A stretch of 63,221 bases of DNA, counting the filler, from Octopus bimaculoides (Eukaryota), in the NCBI RefSeq assembly GCF_001194135.2. It is 5 parts of 4 records of this genome, joined end to end, with 100 filler letters (N's around TTAATTAATTAA, not from the genome) between each part and the next. Parts side by side here need not be neighbours in the genome. Positions count along the whole stretch, not along the records: positions 10,804 to 21,818 come from NC_068989.1; positions 21,919 to 40,908 come from NC_068987.1; 3 more parts are not named here. One strand, 5' to 3'. This document shows positions 11,141-23,150 of the stretch, piece by piece. The stretch's first letter is position 1. Every line of letters starts with the position of its first letter. The notes under the pieces were generated by a model, which ran no database searches, was not told the origin of the DNA, and was given only the letters and a program-made list of their open reading frames with translations. Made by a program: the position numbers and the translations under genes.

Positions 11141-12515
11141 GTACCTCAGCACCACAGTATTATTTGCTCACACTAAAAGGGTTTACATAGCAGCAGAAAT
11201 GTTCAATGCACACCTATCACCAATCTCACTACAATCGGTCAAGATACACTTCTCCTCACCATTCCAGTCAGGAAAATGATTCTCCTTATTAACCCATTCA
11301 TTTTAAAAATTAAAACAATTCAGTCAGGCTCAATTCAGTAAACCTGCTCAAATAGTAAATAGAACTCCAATAATAATAATAACTACCAATTCTCCATTCG
11401 GCAGACATGCACCATCTTCTGAAAAAGAAGCTTTCAAGTCAAGGATAATTAAACATATGTTCAATCACAATGCGCACTTCCTACAAGAGCACCAAAAGAC
11501 AACTCAATCCGCAAATGTGGATTACGCAACAGAATAACAAATGAACTATGAAATCTCTTCCGATGACAAAGAATTAACTAAAATCTTAGACATCAACGAT
11601 TCTTCAGGTGCAAAATTGGCTTCTAAAAGTCCTATAATACTCATTGCACCTCCTAATTCACCTAAGTTGTCTTTGGATGATGAGACTATTCCATACGTAG
11701 AAACACAAGACAACACTGACGGTACCTCGTATTCTTCAACCCAAGGATAACAAATGGAAAGTACGTACTTTAAACTTGTTACACAAAAAGTAAGAAAAGC
11801 TACACGTGCAAAACCATTTAACACCAGAAATGAACAGACTGATACCCTACAAAAATGAGGACATCGAAAAAAGGGGTCGGACGTTATTCCTCATGTCCCG
11901 CAAATAAAATTAAAAGGCATAAATGGATACTTGAGGAATATATTTCAATCCTACACGCTTATTTTACAGCAGTGCTCTACTCACAGAACGAAAACGCAAC
12001 AACATATACTTATAAAATCTGGAAGTGAAATAACCTGCATACAGATTTGGAGACCGCAATGAACCGTAAAAAACTAGATAACATACGAAGATATATTCTC
12101 TAAACAAACAAAGAAATATAAACTGTTATAACTTCTTTGCGACCAATTGCGAAGGATGTGTGGAGTTTGGGTTCAAGTACAGATTAGGCCTGGAGTACCT
12201 GTGTGACCTAGATGATTTTTTTTTGCTGTGTTTGAACTGTTATTTTTTGTTCTTCCTTGACTTTATTGAACTGCCTTCCTTTTTTTCCTTCTTGAACGGT
12301 TTTCTTTTCCTTTTCTTTCTTTGAAACTTCTTTTGATTTCTTCTTTTTCTTCCTTTGAGACAGTGTTTTGGGGTGGGAGATTGTCCCACCCAAACAGTAG
12401 CTAAAGGACTTTGAAAGGAGGACGGGTGTGGAGGACTTATTCCAAGTCGCTCGACATCATCGCCCCCTTTTGAGAAAAAAGTGATTGAGAGTGAGTTGGC
12501 AGAATATCTGCCAAC

Positions 12516-14460
12516 TATTAAATTCATAACAAGGGGGGTAAAATACGCAACGGTGTGATTGCTTGCAAATTTGCGAGCAAGCCCTTGGAGGGCAGAGAAA
12601 TTCTGTTCCTTCCCACATATAGTGGGAGGAGGTTGATGAGAGCTTGGGTCTGTGGGCTGCCACCCGGGATAGAACCTGAGTGGATAGAAGATACTAACCA
12701 CTGGGGTCTGGGTGGCAGCGAAGCCAAGCTCCTTAATGTTAATATTTTGCCTGTAGCTGATTATTAAATTCATAACAAGGGGGGTCAAATATGCAACGGT
12801 GTGATTGCTTGCAAATTTGCGAGCAAGCCCTTGGAGGGCAGAGAAATTCTGTTCNNNNNNNNNNCGCAACGGTGTGATTGCTTGCAAATTTGCGAGCAAG
12901 CCCTTGGAGGGCAGAGAAATTCTGTTCCTTCCCACATATTGTGGGAGGAGGTTGATGAGAGCTTGGGTCTGTGGGCTGCCACCCGGGATAGAACCTGAGT
13001 GGATAAAAGATACTATCCACTGGGGTCTGGGTGGCAGTGAAGCCAAGCTCCTTAATGTTAATATTTTGCCTGTAGCTGATTGGGTTGGGTCAAAATCTGT
13101 TTTGACCCTATAGACCCAATCAGCCTAACATCTGGTTTTTCCAGATTTCTTGAAAATGGCCAGGTGCAGGTACCCGGTGATTCTTGAGGGACGTCCCCCC
13201 AAGTGTCACCTGTGCCTGGAACCTGGCCACATTAAAAAGAACTGTCCCCAGGACCAAAGTAAGGTCCTGGAACAGGTAATAAAAAGGGTGCCCTCCACTC
13301 CCCCATTGGAGGGAGAGACGGAAGTCAAGATGGAAACCTCCTCAAAAAAAGGGGAGAAAAAGAAAGGTGAGCAACAATGGTTGCTCACCGAAGGATTTGA
13401 GGGCTGCAGGAGGGAGGGAAAGTCTTCCAGACAAAACGGAAGAACCGCCTACTCCCATGGCCCAAAAGAGAAAAAAAGAAAAATGAGACATGGTCGGCAG
13501 ATAATAGCATNNNNNNNNNNNNNNNNNNNNNNNNNNNNNNNNNNNNNNNNNNNNNNNNNNNNNNNNNNNNNNNNNNNNNNNNNNNNNNNNNNNNNNNNNN
13601 NNNNNNNNNNNNNNNNNNNNNNNNNNNNNNNNNNNNNNNNNNNNNNNNNNNNNNNNNNNNNNNNNNNNNNNNNNNNNNNNNNNNNNNNNNNACCTTATCG
13701 GTTGGCGGGCGCCGATGCCCCTCTCATTTATATCATTAATGTATTATCATTTCACCTCATTTTTGTATTGTCCAGCCTGCATTGCTACATGCTATGTAAC
13801 GCCCATGTGGAGAATATTAATGAAATAAAGTTGGAGAGAATCCTTTGCTGCTTTTTGTGGAAAGGAAGAAAGCCACTTGTGAAGCACTCTGTCTGCTACC
13901 AGAAACCGCTAAAGGGTAGGCTACGGATGCCTTCGCTGAAGATGCAAAAATCTGCATTAAGGTTGAGGCACCTCTGGCTTTACCTGGATGGAGAGCAGGT
14001 GTGGTCACCGCATGTCCAGTTCTATCTTCCGCAGTTAACGTCCTTAACGGACATTGGTACATGAATCGAGCAGAGACCTAGGCTGGGAGGACTGGCAATT
14101 GGGGTGCAATCAAGCACTTCAGTTGTTCTCTTGGGCAGGCAATGCCAGCAGCAGGAGTTCTACCACGGATTTTTATAGCGGATTAGTGGAGATTATGTCT
14201 GAAGACGCTTTGGGGGAGACCCTGGGCTACAATGAAAATCAGTTGATCAACTTGTTCAGGAGAGATTTCGGGTCAGGGTATCTGGATAATTACCAGAAAT
14301 CCCTGGTTTGGCAGTGCTTCCATGCGGAGTTACCTATCCCTGATAAACTGTCAAGGCACAGAAGTACAGTCTCGCTGACATGTCCGAAGTGCGGGCAGGA
14401 CTAGGAAACCAACATGTATGAATTTGTGGAGTGTCCAGAATTAACGAGACAGAGCTTTTG
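12516..14460 (+). mobile_element. Degenerate Tx1/L1-clade LINE: ORF1 with CCHC knuckle and ORF2 C-terminal part
   Basis: ORF1 PPKCHLCLEPGHIKKNCP (Cx2Cx4Hx4C); post-RT FLWKGRKPLVKHSVCYQ...LRLRHL; zf-RVT-like KSLVWQCFHAELPIPDKLSRH...CPKCG; stops and frameshifts. Confidence 0.8.
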
Positions 14461-15899
14461 CACCCAAGCCTCATTTTACGTCTTATCCCAGGATCCCAAT
14501 ATATCTTAATTTTGACATTAGTAATGTAATATTTTTATGCTATACATATGAGAGGCAAGGATCACATAGGATATTATTAGATACCCACATCCCACCGCAG
14601 GGTTGTGTGGTACCCTAGTTCATATCACATCTTAGATACCACACAACATACTTGTGGTCAATTAAAAACTAAACTTTGGGTATTTTCGATAGGAAAAATC
14701 TCGAAATCTTTTGGTTTCCATGGCAAGTAAAATATTTTTCATTCCCTTCTGTTTCTATTGGGAAAATCTTTTTCAAAAACAACTATTTTTGTTTCAATGG
14801 AAAAACTTATCTCAATACTCAACTGCATGGAGAAATCAGAAGAAAAATGGGAAAAAATATTCAGAATCTGTAAAAAAAAAAAAAATGTTCTCTCAGTGTA
14901 GCAAAAGCACAGATTGAACCAATCGGAGCAATACCAGCTCTCAGAAAGCCCATAAGTAAGAAAAANNNNNNNNNNNNNNNNNNNNNNNNNNNNNNNNNNN
15001 NNNNNNNNNNNNNNNNNNNNNNNNNNNNNNNNNNNNNNNNNNNNNNNNNNNNNNNNNNNNNNNNNNNNNNNNNNNNNNNNNNNNNNNNNNNNNNNNNNNN
15101 NNNNNNNNNNNNNNNNNNNNNNNNNNNNNNNNNNNNNNNNNNNNNNNNNNNNNNNNNNNNNNNNNNNNNNNNNNNNNNNNNNNNNNNNNNNNNNNNNNNN
15201 NNNNNNNNNNNNNNNNNNNNNNNNNNNNNNNNNNNNNNNNNNNNNNNNNNNNNNNNNNNNNNNNNNNNNNNNNNNNNNNNNNNNNNNNNNNNNNNNNNNN
15301 NNNNNNNNNNNNNNNNNNNNNNNNNNNNNNNNNNNNNNNNNNNNNNNNNNNNNNNNNNNNNNNNNNNNNNNNNNNNNNNNNNNNNNNNNNNNNNNNNNNN
15401 NNNNNNNNNNNNNNNNNNNNNNNNNNNNNNNNNNNNNNNNNNNNNNNNNNNNNNNNNNNNNNNNNNNNNNNNNNNNNNNNNNNNNNNNNNNNNNNNNNNN
15501 NNNNNNNNNNNNNNNNNNNNNNNNNNNNNNNNNNNNNNNNNNNNNNNNNNNNNNNNNNNNNNNNNNNNNNNNNNNNNNNNNNNNNNNNNNNNNNNNNNNN
15601 NNNNNNNNNNNNNNNNNNNNNNNNNNNNNNNNNNNNNNNNNNNNNNNNNNNNCAGCTCACTGCATTAACTCATTAATAATAACAACAATAATGGCTTTAA
15701 ATTCACAACTAAGAGTTCATGAAACACATTCAGGGCAGAACAGGACAACAAAATGTAGGATTACATAGAGTAACATAAAAAGTGAAAACAAAAACAAAAA
15801 AAAAAAACAAATTTTAACAATGATTAATTCCCAAAAAAATGGGAGACTTCTTACAGTTACCATAACCACCAAGGCAAGTGCCCTCTCCACATCATCATC

Positions 15900-18880
15900 T
15901 TTCAATTCACAGGTACATGCTTAGAGTAGGCCCATTCACGCCACATTCATCCACTCTTCCAACAAAATTGCTGGAGGGAGCATTTCCCTCTGCACCTCAA
16001 TTTTCTTTTCAAGTGAAACTTGAAAAAGTTGATGAGGACTTGACAAAAAGGACATTATCCATCTTCACCCTTTTCAACCTGGTCCACCATACAACCTCTT
16101 TTGCTAAGGCCACCAGACAAAGGGAACATTGCCTGCTCTTCCTGGCCAAAGGAAAGCGGTGGGACGATCTTCGCAATGGACTCGGCTGATAGTCAGATCT
16201 GTTCTACATGTGCTCAACATAAACCCCACAAGTCAGCAATACTCAAACTCTGGATGAGAGTACGCACAACCGTTCTGTCGCTCTGCGCACATCTCAGGCC
16301 AGCCCAGCTGATGGCACTTTCCATGCCTGTAGAGTTTATCCTGAAATGGCAATACTCGCAGTAGCACTACCAGGCCAAGAATTTCTGGAAATTTTCCAGA
16401 GGCCCCAGCCTGAAAGTTCTCCAGAACAGACCAACCAGTTGAGTCTTGACACCTAGAATCTCCCAGAGAACATCATCACACTTGCCCACCACCCGACTGA
16501 CAGAGCTGTGAGTGCTTGGCAACACTCCAGGTGCCAGGCACTCTGCCTTGGCCTACGCTTGACCCACGACTGCAGCTCAAAGAAACAAGCTGCAGAAGAC
16601 CGAGTCCCACAAATGGCAACCATGCCTGCTCACCCTCAAGAAAGCGCTGGAGATGTCAGAGGCTCAGCACACGTCTGTGCATGAGCAGCCAGTCTGACCC
16701 AGTCCTCCATTTCGTGAATGACACATTCAAGAAATTCAGTCACCCATCAGGCAGTTGGAAATGTCTGAGCAAGTTTGCGAAACTTCTGCAGCCCCCACTT
16801 CTAACACCAGCCCCACACAATCTAAATATATATCCAAGATGGCATTCTAATGACCCATTAGCACTAACAGTCAAGATGCTTCCAGCAAAATCTCCAAACA
16901 TCTGAAGAAATCAGGTTGTCCTGCTCCTATCAAAGCATAAACAGCTATCATGACGGCACCCCATCACTACTGTTCACATGCAAGACTTACCTTCTGGGTC
17001 CAGGAAGAAGGCCCTTATTTTGAGATGCAGACCTCTCTGGAAGAACACTGCATGGAAGTAAATCTCATATCCACTGCAAAATGGATATGAAAGCTCATCA
17101 GTTGTAAAGTCTGCTCTCACTGAGTGACCCAAGGTTGTAGATGGGGCAGCTATTCCTGAGGGAATGCCAGGCCATGTGCATTTATACTGCCTCTCCTAAG
17201 CAAAGCCATGTTTGTTCGAGAGAAGAAGAGCGAGGAGAATTACTTACCCCATTTCTGTTGAGAGAGACAAGTGTTGTTGTTCTCTTGGACATTTGTGGGG
17301 GTCTCCACAAGCATTTCTTTGTTCAGTCTTATTTATGATCCCACAGAAATCTGCCCATGCCTTTGGGATATTTTGCTTTCGGTTTGTTGCAGTGTTCTTA
17401 TAATTTTCAAAGAGTGTTGAAAATGTGATGGACTGGATGAGAGTAATGTCTGTATATTTTTGAATGTGTTTTATCAAGTCTGTGTCAATGTCTGCGTAGT
17501 TGATGATGCCTTGAGTGTGCTGCTTGTGTTGTTGGTCTGAATTGCTAGGCATTTGTAATGGTGCTGCTTCTAGTGCAGGAAATGGTTGTAGTTATGTTGG
17601 TGTATGTGATGGTTTGTTGTTTTCTGTGTCTCCTCTAATTTTTTTCATTTCTAGTTCTTTTTTCCCCCCACTTTCACCAGAATCAATTCCTTGCTAGCCA
17701 AGTTTTCACAGAGAGTTACCCTTGCACATTTCTAAGCTTGTGGATTTGTCAACTGGTCTAGGCGAGGCTTCACTTGGTTGCAATGGGTGAGGTTTTTTTT
17801 TTCTCGGATGTGGTATATCAATATCAATGGATCTCTGCTGCTGATTTTAATGCTGATGTTCTGCTGAAGGTATCTGCAGCTGTTGGGGTTTTCTTTTTCT
17901 TTGCATAGGGTCAGAAAAGCCTTTATGTGGTTTGTCTCGCCAGAAATGTACCATCTCGGCTTTCTGTCCTCAACTGTTATGAACAGCTGTGCACCATTAA
18001 GGGACGTTGATCAGGTCATCAATACTTCTTGGTTGGTCTCTATTGATAATCCCTTTCCCATTTTATGCACTTAGAGAATCAGTATTTTATTCTCTAATAC
18101 TGTATAATATGGCTGCCACAAGCAAAGATGTTCGCTTCTGGTGGTACCTCTGCTACTTTTTCACCATCCTCTGACTGAGGTTATGTTGGAATTAGCAGCA
18201 ATTCTTCTCTTTCTTTGGCTTTTCTTCAGTTGGAAATTTCAGTACCACAGCATCACCCATGGGCGACGCAAGTTTTCATCTCCCATACTGATCTCTGGAA
18301 GTTTTCAATCTGGGCCTGCATCGATCACACCTCTGGTCTTCTGGTTTTTGATGAAATTCATTTTTTTTTAGTTATCTTGTATTTCCTGTAATGTATTCAG
18401 AAACATTGTTTTCCCTTTGATAAGTGCGCTTTGAAATCCCTTAACGTTTTTCTTGACACGTGAACTTTCTCCAGACGAAACACACGCGAAATCGCTCCCA
18501 TTTCGTTTAGAAATAAGAACAGCCGTTGTTTCAGTTCTATACGTTGGTGATGACGGTGGTAATAATGTTGTGTTTGGTTTCGTTGGTTGATGAGTTCGGT
18601 GCCGACGTTCGCATTCGGGTTAAGTCAATTTTGTAGTCCGAACAACGTGTTGTTATGTCGTCGTGTCGCCCGCCGCCGCTCTGCTGCTGTCTGTCTGTCG
18701 TCGCAGTTGTTGTAATTTACTCGATTCGAATTTAAACTTTTATCAGAGTTCACCTCCCACTTTCAGGACAACAACCAACGACTGTGTTGCCCGCAACCCT
18801 CTACTAATGCAACCTCTCACTTCTTTTCCGTCTTCCAGGTCACCGGGAAATGGAAAGTGGCGCCATGTTGGATTCGAAAG
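15900..18880 (-). mobile_element. Degenerate Tx1/L1-clade LINE with 5' region, ORF1, APE endonuclease start and C-terminus; RT core absent
   Basis: Minus-strand translation: ORF1 GDAVVLKFPTEEK..LLLIPT and eroded knuckle EDRKPRWYISGETNHIKA; endonuclease AVYALIGAGQPDFFRCLEILL..LVLMGH*NAILD; C-terminal HLQRFLEGEQAW, LPFQDKLYRHG. Confidence 0.75.
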
Positions 18881-19636
18881 AATTGTTTTTTTCTCAAAAT
18901 AAATTGAAACATTTTTCTTTTCAAATTAAATCCCGCAAAGGAGCGCAAACAAACAGATTTATGCAATGCTGGTGGGTTTCACAACTATTTTTTAAAACAA
19001 AGTTTAAATAACTAACAACTTTTGAAGACACAGATAAACTTTTAAGCGAGGCGACCCACGTCCAACCAGTGCAAATATCTAGTCTAGGCACAAGGCCTGA
19101 AATTCCGAGGGAGGGACTGGCAGATTATGAAACTGGCACTTGTTTAACAACCCCCGAAAGAATGAAAGACTAAGTCGACCTCGGGGGAATTTGAATAATA
19201 AATAATAATCAGCGGAGTTTGGAAATAGCTATCCTTCGAACTCCCATTCTTTACGGAGAATAAAAAGTGGAAGGCAAAACCAAAAACTTTTCCTTTCTCA
19301 GTTAAGGTTGGTGCTTCAAGGAGCAACTTTCCAAAAAAATAAAATAAAATCCCCTTCCTGCTAAATAATTTCTCTCNNNNNNNNNNNNNNNNNNNNNNNN
19401 NNNNNNNNNNNNNNNNNNNNNNNNNNNNNNNNNNNNNNNNNNNNNNNNNNNNNNNNNNNNNNNNNNNNNNNNNNNNNNNNNNNNNNNNNNNNNNNNNNNN
19501 NNNNNNNNNNNNNNNNNNNNNNNNNNNNNNNNNNNNNNNNNNNNNNNNNNNNNNNNNNNNNNNNNNNNNNNNNNNNNNNNNNNNNNNNNNNNNNNNNNNN
19601 NNNNNNNNNNNNNNNNNNNNNNNNNNNNNNNNNNNN

Positions 19637-19772
19637 TAGTCTTGAGTGGTCGATCCTAACCCTAACCCTAACCCGCGTGTGCAAATGAATACGTGTTTAG
19701 GGTTAGGGTTAGGATCGACCACTCACGACTAGCTAGCGCGGACGCGCGACTGCGCGTTTGGGTCCGCGTTAG
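19637..19772. repeat. Double inverted repeat containing (CCCTAA)n/(TTAGGG)n arms followed by a GC-rich hairpin
   Basis: Arms 19637-19678 and about 19690-19732 are near-perfect reverse complements; ctagcgcggac...gtccgcgttag forms a second stem. Confidence 0.85.
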
Positions 19773-20335
19773 TCTAGGGCACAAGGCCTGAAATTCCGAG
19801 GGAGGGACTGGCAGATTATGAAGCTGGTACTTGTTTAACAACCCCCGAAAGAATGAAAGACTAAGTCGACCTCGGGGGAATTTGAATAATAAATAATAAT
19901 CAGCGGAGTTTGGAAATAGCTATCCTTCGAACNNNNNNNNNNNNNNNNNNNNNNNNNNNNNNNNNNNNNNNNNNNNNNNNNNNNNNNNNNNNNNNNNNNN
20001 NNNNNNNNNNNNNNNNNNNNNNNNNNNNNNNNNNNNNNNNNNNNNNNNNNNNNNNNNNNNNNNNNNNNNNNNNNNNNNNNNNNNNNNNNNNNNNNNNNNN
20101 NNNNNNNNNNNNNNNNNNNNNNNNNNNNNNNNNNNNNNNNNNNNNNNNNNNNNNNNNNNNNNNNNNNNNNNNNNNNNNNNNNNNNNNNNNNNNNNNNNNN
20201 NNNNNNNNNNNNNNNNNNNNNNNNNNNNNNNNNNNNNNNNNNNNNNNNNNNNNNNNNNNNNNNNNNNNNNNNNNNNNNNNNNNNNNNNNNNNNNNNNNNN
20301 NNNNNNNNNNNNNNNNNNNNNNNNNNNNNNNNNNN

Positions 20336-20370
<35 letters not shown>

Positions 20371-20983
20371 CCACAAAGGTTGTTTTTTTCCTTTGTAGCA
20401 AACTAAAGTAAGGTGTATATCCTGCACCACGCCCACAGCAGACTATAGTCTGGATAACAATATACAGAATTATTTTTAAATATATACTAGGCCCAAGGCC
20501 GTTTGTTGATTTTACTTCCTTTACAAAACATGGTAATACAGTAATAAGACTCTACTAAGTTGCCGTCAAGTATAGAACTGAAAACAGGCAGATAACTAAC
20601 ATTTTAGAAATTAGTCCAGCACTCAACTGTGTCAGGAATGGATACGAAAGAAGTCTCAAGTTTTTAGACAAATAAACATAAATAAGAGATTAATAGGAAA
20701 ATTTGCAGGCTTTATAACAGCTGCCCTCAAAGTATACACAATCCACGGACAAATTATAAAAGGGGTTAAAAGAAAAAGTTCAAGTCAGGTCTAATAATTT
20801 ATCCATAAGAGTTCGTTGTTCGGTAGCTGTTGGTTTTACTTACCAATCGAACATCGATCATTATTTAATCGCACCTGTCACCACACCCCTTTTTATTTTT
20901 TTTTTCGTGTTTTTCTTTCACTGTCCTTTTTAAAAATAAATTTGGTTTCTGAGATTTCATCACTTCTGTCTGTTTTTTGTTCT

Positions 20984-21289
20984 TTAATCACGTTTGAAAG
21001 TATAAACAGTCTTGGCGCCTTCTTTCCATGCCGAATAGACAAACAACGCTAGGATGATGTGAACGGTGAAAATGGAACCGATGGCTGCGTAGAAATAGGA
21101 ATCGCTGTTGGACATTTTGAATATATTCTCGAAGATAAGCCATTTACTGAGGAAATAGCTGAGAATCGGCAAAGTAAGCATCGCCGTACTGAAGAACATC
21201 ATCGTTTTAACAACGGTACCAGAATCGCTGCTGTCGTCGTCTTCACGGATTCCTTGGAGTCCAGAGTCGGGAGGAAACGTATTTGCCAT
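20984..21289 (-). CDS. VMA21: Vacuolar ATPase assembly integral membrane protein VMA21 (101 aa, single coding exon)
   Basis: Matches the recalled VMA21 pattern: KTMMFFSTAMLTLPILSYF..K.LIFE...MSNSDSYFYAAI...VHIILALFVY.AWKEG, two TM helices, C-terminal KRD. Confidence 0.95.
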   Translation of the reverse strand: MANTFPPDSGLQGIREDDDSSDSGTVVKTMMFFSTAMLTLPILSYFLSKWLIFENIFKMSNSDSYFYAAIGSIFTVHIILALFVYSAWKEGAKTVYTFKRD

Positions 21290-21516
21290 TTTACAAATAA
21301 ACCAGTATATATGTGTGTGTGTATATATATATATATATTATACTGTATGTATATATACTCCTATTATAATTGGGTGCAATTAAGGCAAAGTGCGTGCAAT
21401 AAATAGTTTTCTCGGGTGGTTAGGCGGAAATGAATTTTCCTGTCTTATTCGTTAGAGAGTTCGTATAATTAACAGTTAATTCCCCTTCTCAAGATTTATT
21501 TATTTATTTATGTCAG

Positions 21517-21818
21517 TGGAGACGCAATGGCCCAGTGGTTAGGACAGCGGACTCGCGGTTTCGATTCCCAGACCGGGCGTTGTGAGTGTTTATTGAACGA
21601 AAACACCTAAAGCTCCACGAGGCTCCGGCAGGTGGGGGTGGGGGTGAACCCTGCTGTACTCTTCCACCACAACTTTCTCTCACTCTTACTTCCTGTTTCT
21701 GTTGTGCCTGTATTTCAAAGGGCCAGCCTTGTCACACTGTGTCACGCTTAATATCCCCGAGAACTACGTTAAAGGTACACGTGTCTATGGAGTGCTCAGC
21801 CACTTGCACGTTAATTAT
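21517..21818 (+). mobile_element. tRNA-derived SINE family B (truncated by scaffold end)
   Basis: Head gtggagacgcaatggcccagtggttaggacagcggactcgcgg; homologous to the full copies listed separately. Confidence 0.85.
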
Positions 21819-21918
21819 NNNNNNNNNNNNNNNNNNNNNNNNNNNNNNNNNNNNNNNNNNNNTTAATTAATTAANNNNNNNNNNNNNNNNNNNNNNNNNN
21901 NNNNNNNNNNNNNNNNNN
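21819..21918. other. Artificial scaffold-joining spacer
   Basis: 44N-TTAATTAATTAA(21863-21874)-44N. Confidence 0.95.
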
Positions 21919-22189
21919 GTGTGTGTGTGTGTGTGTGTGTGCGTGTATGTATGTATATGTTTGTGTGTCTGTATTTGTCCCCCACTCCAACATCGCTTGA
22001 CAACCGATGCTGGCGTGCTTACGTCTCTGTAAATTAGCGGTTCGGCAAAAATACCGATACAATTAGTACTAGGCTTACAAAGAATAAGTCCTGAGGTCGA
22101 TTTGCTCGACTAAAGGTGGTGCTCCAGCATGGCCGCAGTCAAATGACTGAAACAAATAAAAGAATAAAAGAATATATTTATTGTGTGTG

Positions 22190-23072
22190 CGTGTGTTGAG
22201 TCAAAACTTTTGCAATATTTTTGTAACTTATTTGTTTTATTCGTTGTTACAACAAAAGCAACCTAGCATTCAATGTAGAGGCCATCGTATTGCACCATTG
22301 GAAGCCACCTATCTGCCAGTTCTTTGATCCCACATTGATACCAGTTTTTCTCCTTCGAGGCGAAGAACTCCTTCACTGAAACTACTACTTCCTCTTGGTT
22401 GAAGAAAAATTTCGAGCGCAACAAATAACAATCTGAGAGAGCTAGGTCTAGACTATATACTGGATGTGGATTTTGTTCGATTCCCTCAAGTTCCTGAAGT
22501 TTATTCCCGATTTTTCGAGCGGTATGAGGTCTTGTGTTGTCTTGCTATAAAGAGTTCGTTTTCAATTAACCAATGCTGGGTATTTTTGCCACACAATGTC
22601 ATATATCCGCTCCGGATGTTCGGAGAACAGGTTGACATCAATGGTTCGACTGTCCGGAACGAACTCGCAGTGAATTTTTCCCCATAATTCCACTGGAGCA
22701 TCTCCTTGTGTTTGAAGCACCCATGTTTGGTGACAGGTTCTGGAAGTTGGCCCTTCCTTAACCACTACTTATGCAAGTTAGGCTTGCAGGGAACTATCGC
22801 GCTTTTATTATTACATGCTTTGAGCAATGGCTCACTTCCTGCGATCGTGACGTTTCATCAAACAAGAGGAGGTGGAAGCTTCAATGAAGGAGTTCTTCGC
22901 CTCATAAGACAGAACTGGTATTAACGTGGAATCAAAGAACTGGCAGAAAGGAAGCTTCCGATGGTGCAACATGATGGCCTCCAGTTTGAATGCTAGACTG
23001 GTTTTGTTGTAACTTGGTGAATAAAGCAAATAGATTTCCAAAATATTGCAAAACTTTTGACTCAACATGACA
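22190..23072 (-). mobile_element. Rearranged mariner (DD34D-type) element bounded by TIRs
   Basis: TIRs tgttgagtcaaaacttttgcaatattt / aaatattgcaaaacttttgactcaaca; minus strand encodes HPVYSLDLALSDCYL (YSPDLAPSD-like) and GIKELADRWLPMVQYDGLY*; an inverted second 3' end lies at 22880-23072. Confidence 0.85.
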
Positions 23073-23079
23073 TATATAC

Positions 23080-23121
<42 letters not shown>

Positions 23122-23150
23122 AGGTTTGGAAGTGATGTACAGGAATTATA

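Noticed and set aside
12516-13079. Triplicated ORF1 segment as a biological tandem duplication
   Set aside because: Straddles an 11-N gap with near-identical copies; haplotype or assembly stutter is as likely
20336-20367. Poly(A) run as the tail of a VMA21 retrocopy
   Set aside because: It is poly(T) on the VMA21 sense strand, so the orientation is wrong, and it borders a gap
21517-21590. tRNA genes at SINE heads (also 26527, 39497, 49425, 58259)
   Set aside because: A/B-box-like heads run directly into SINE bodies with TSDs; no complete cloverleaf
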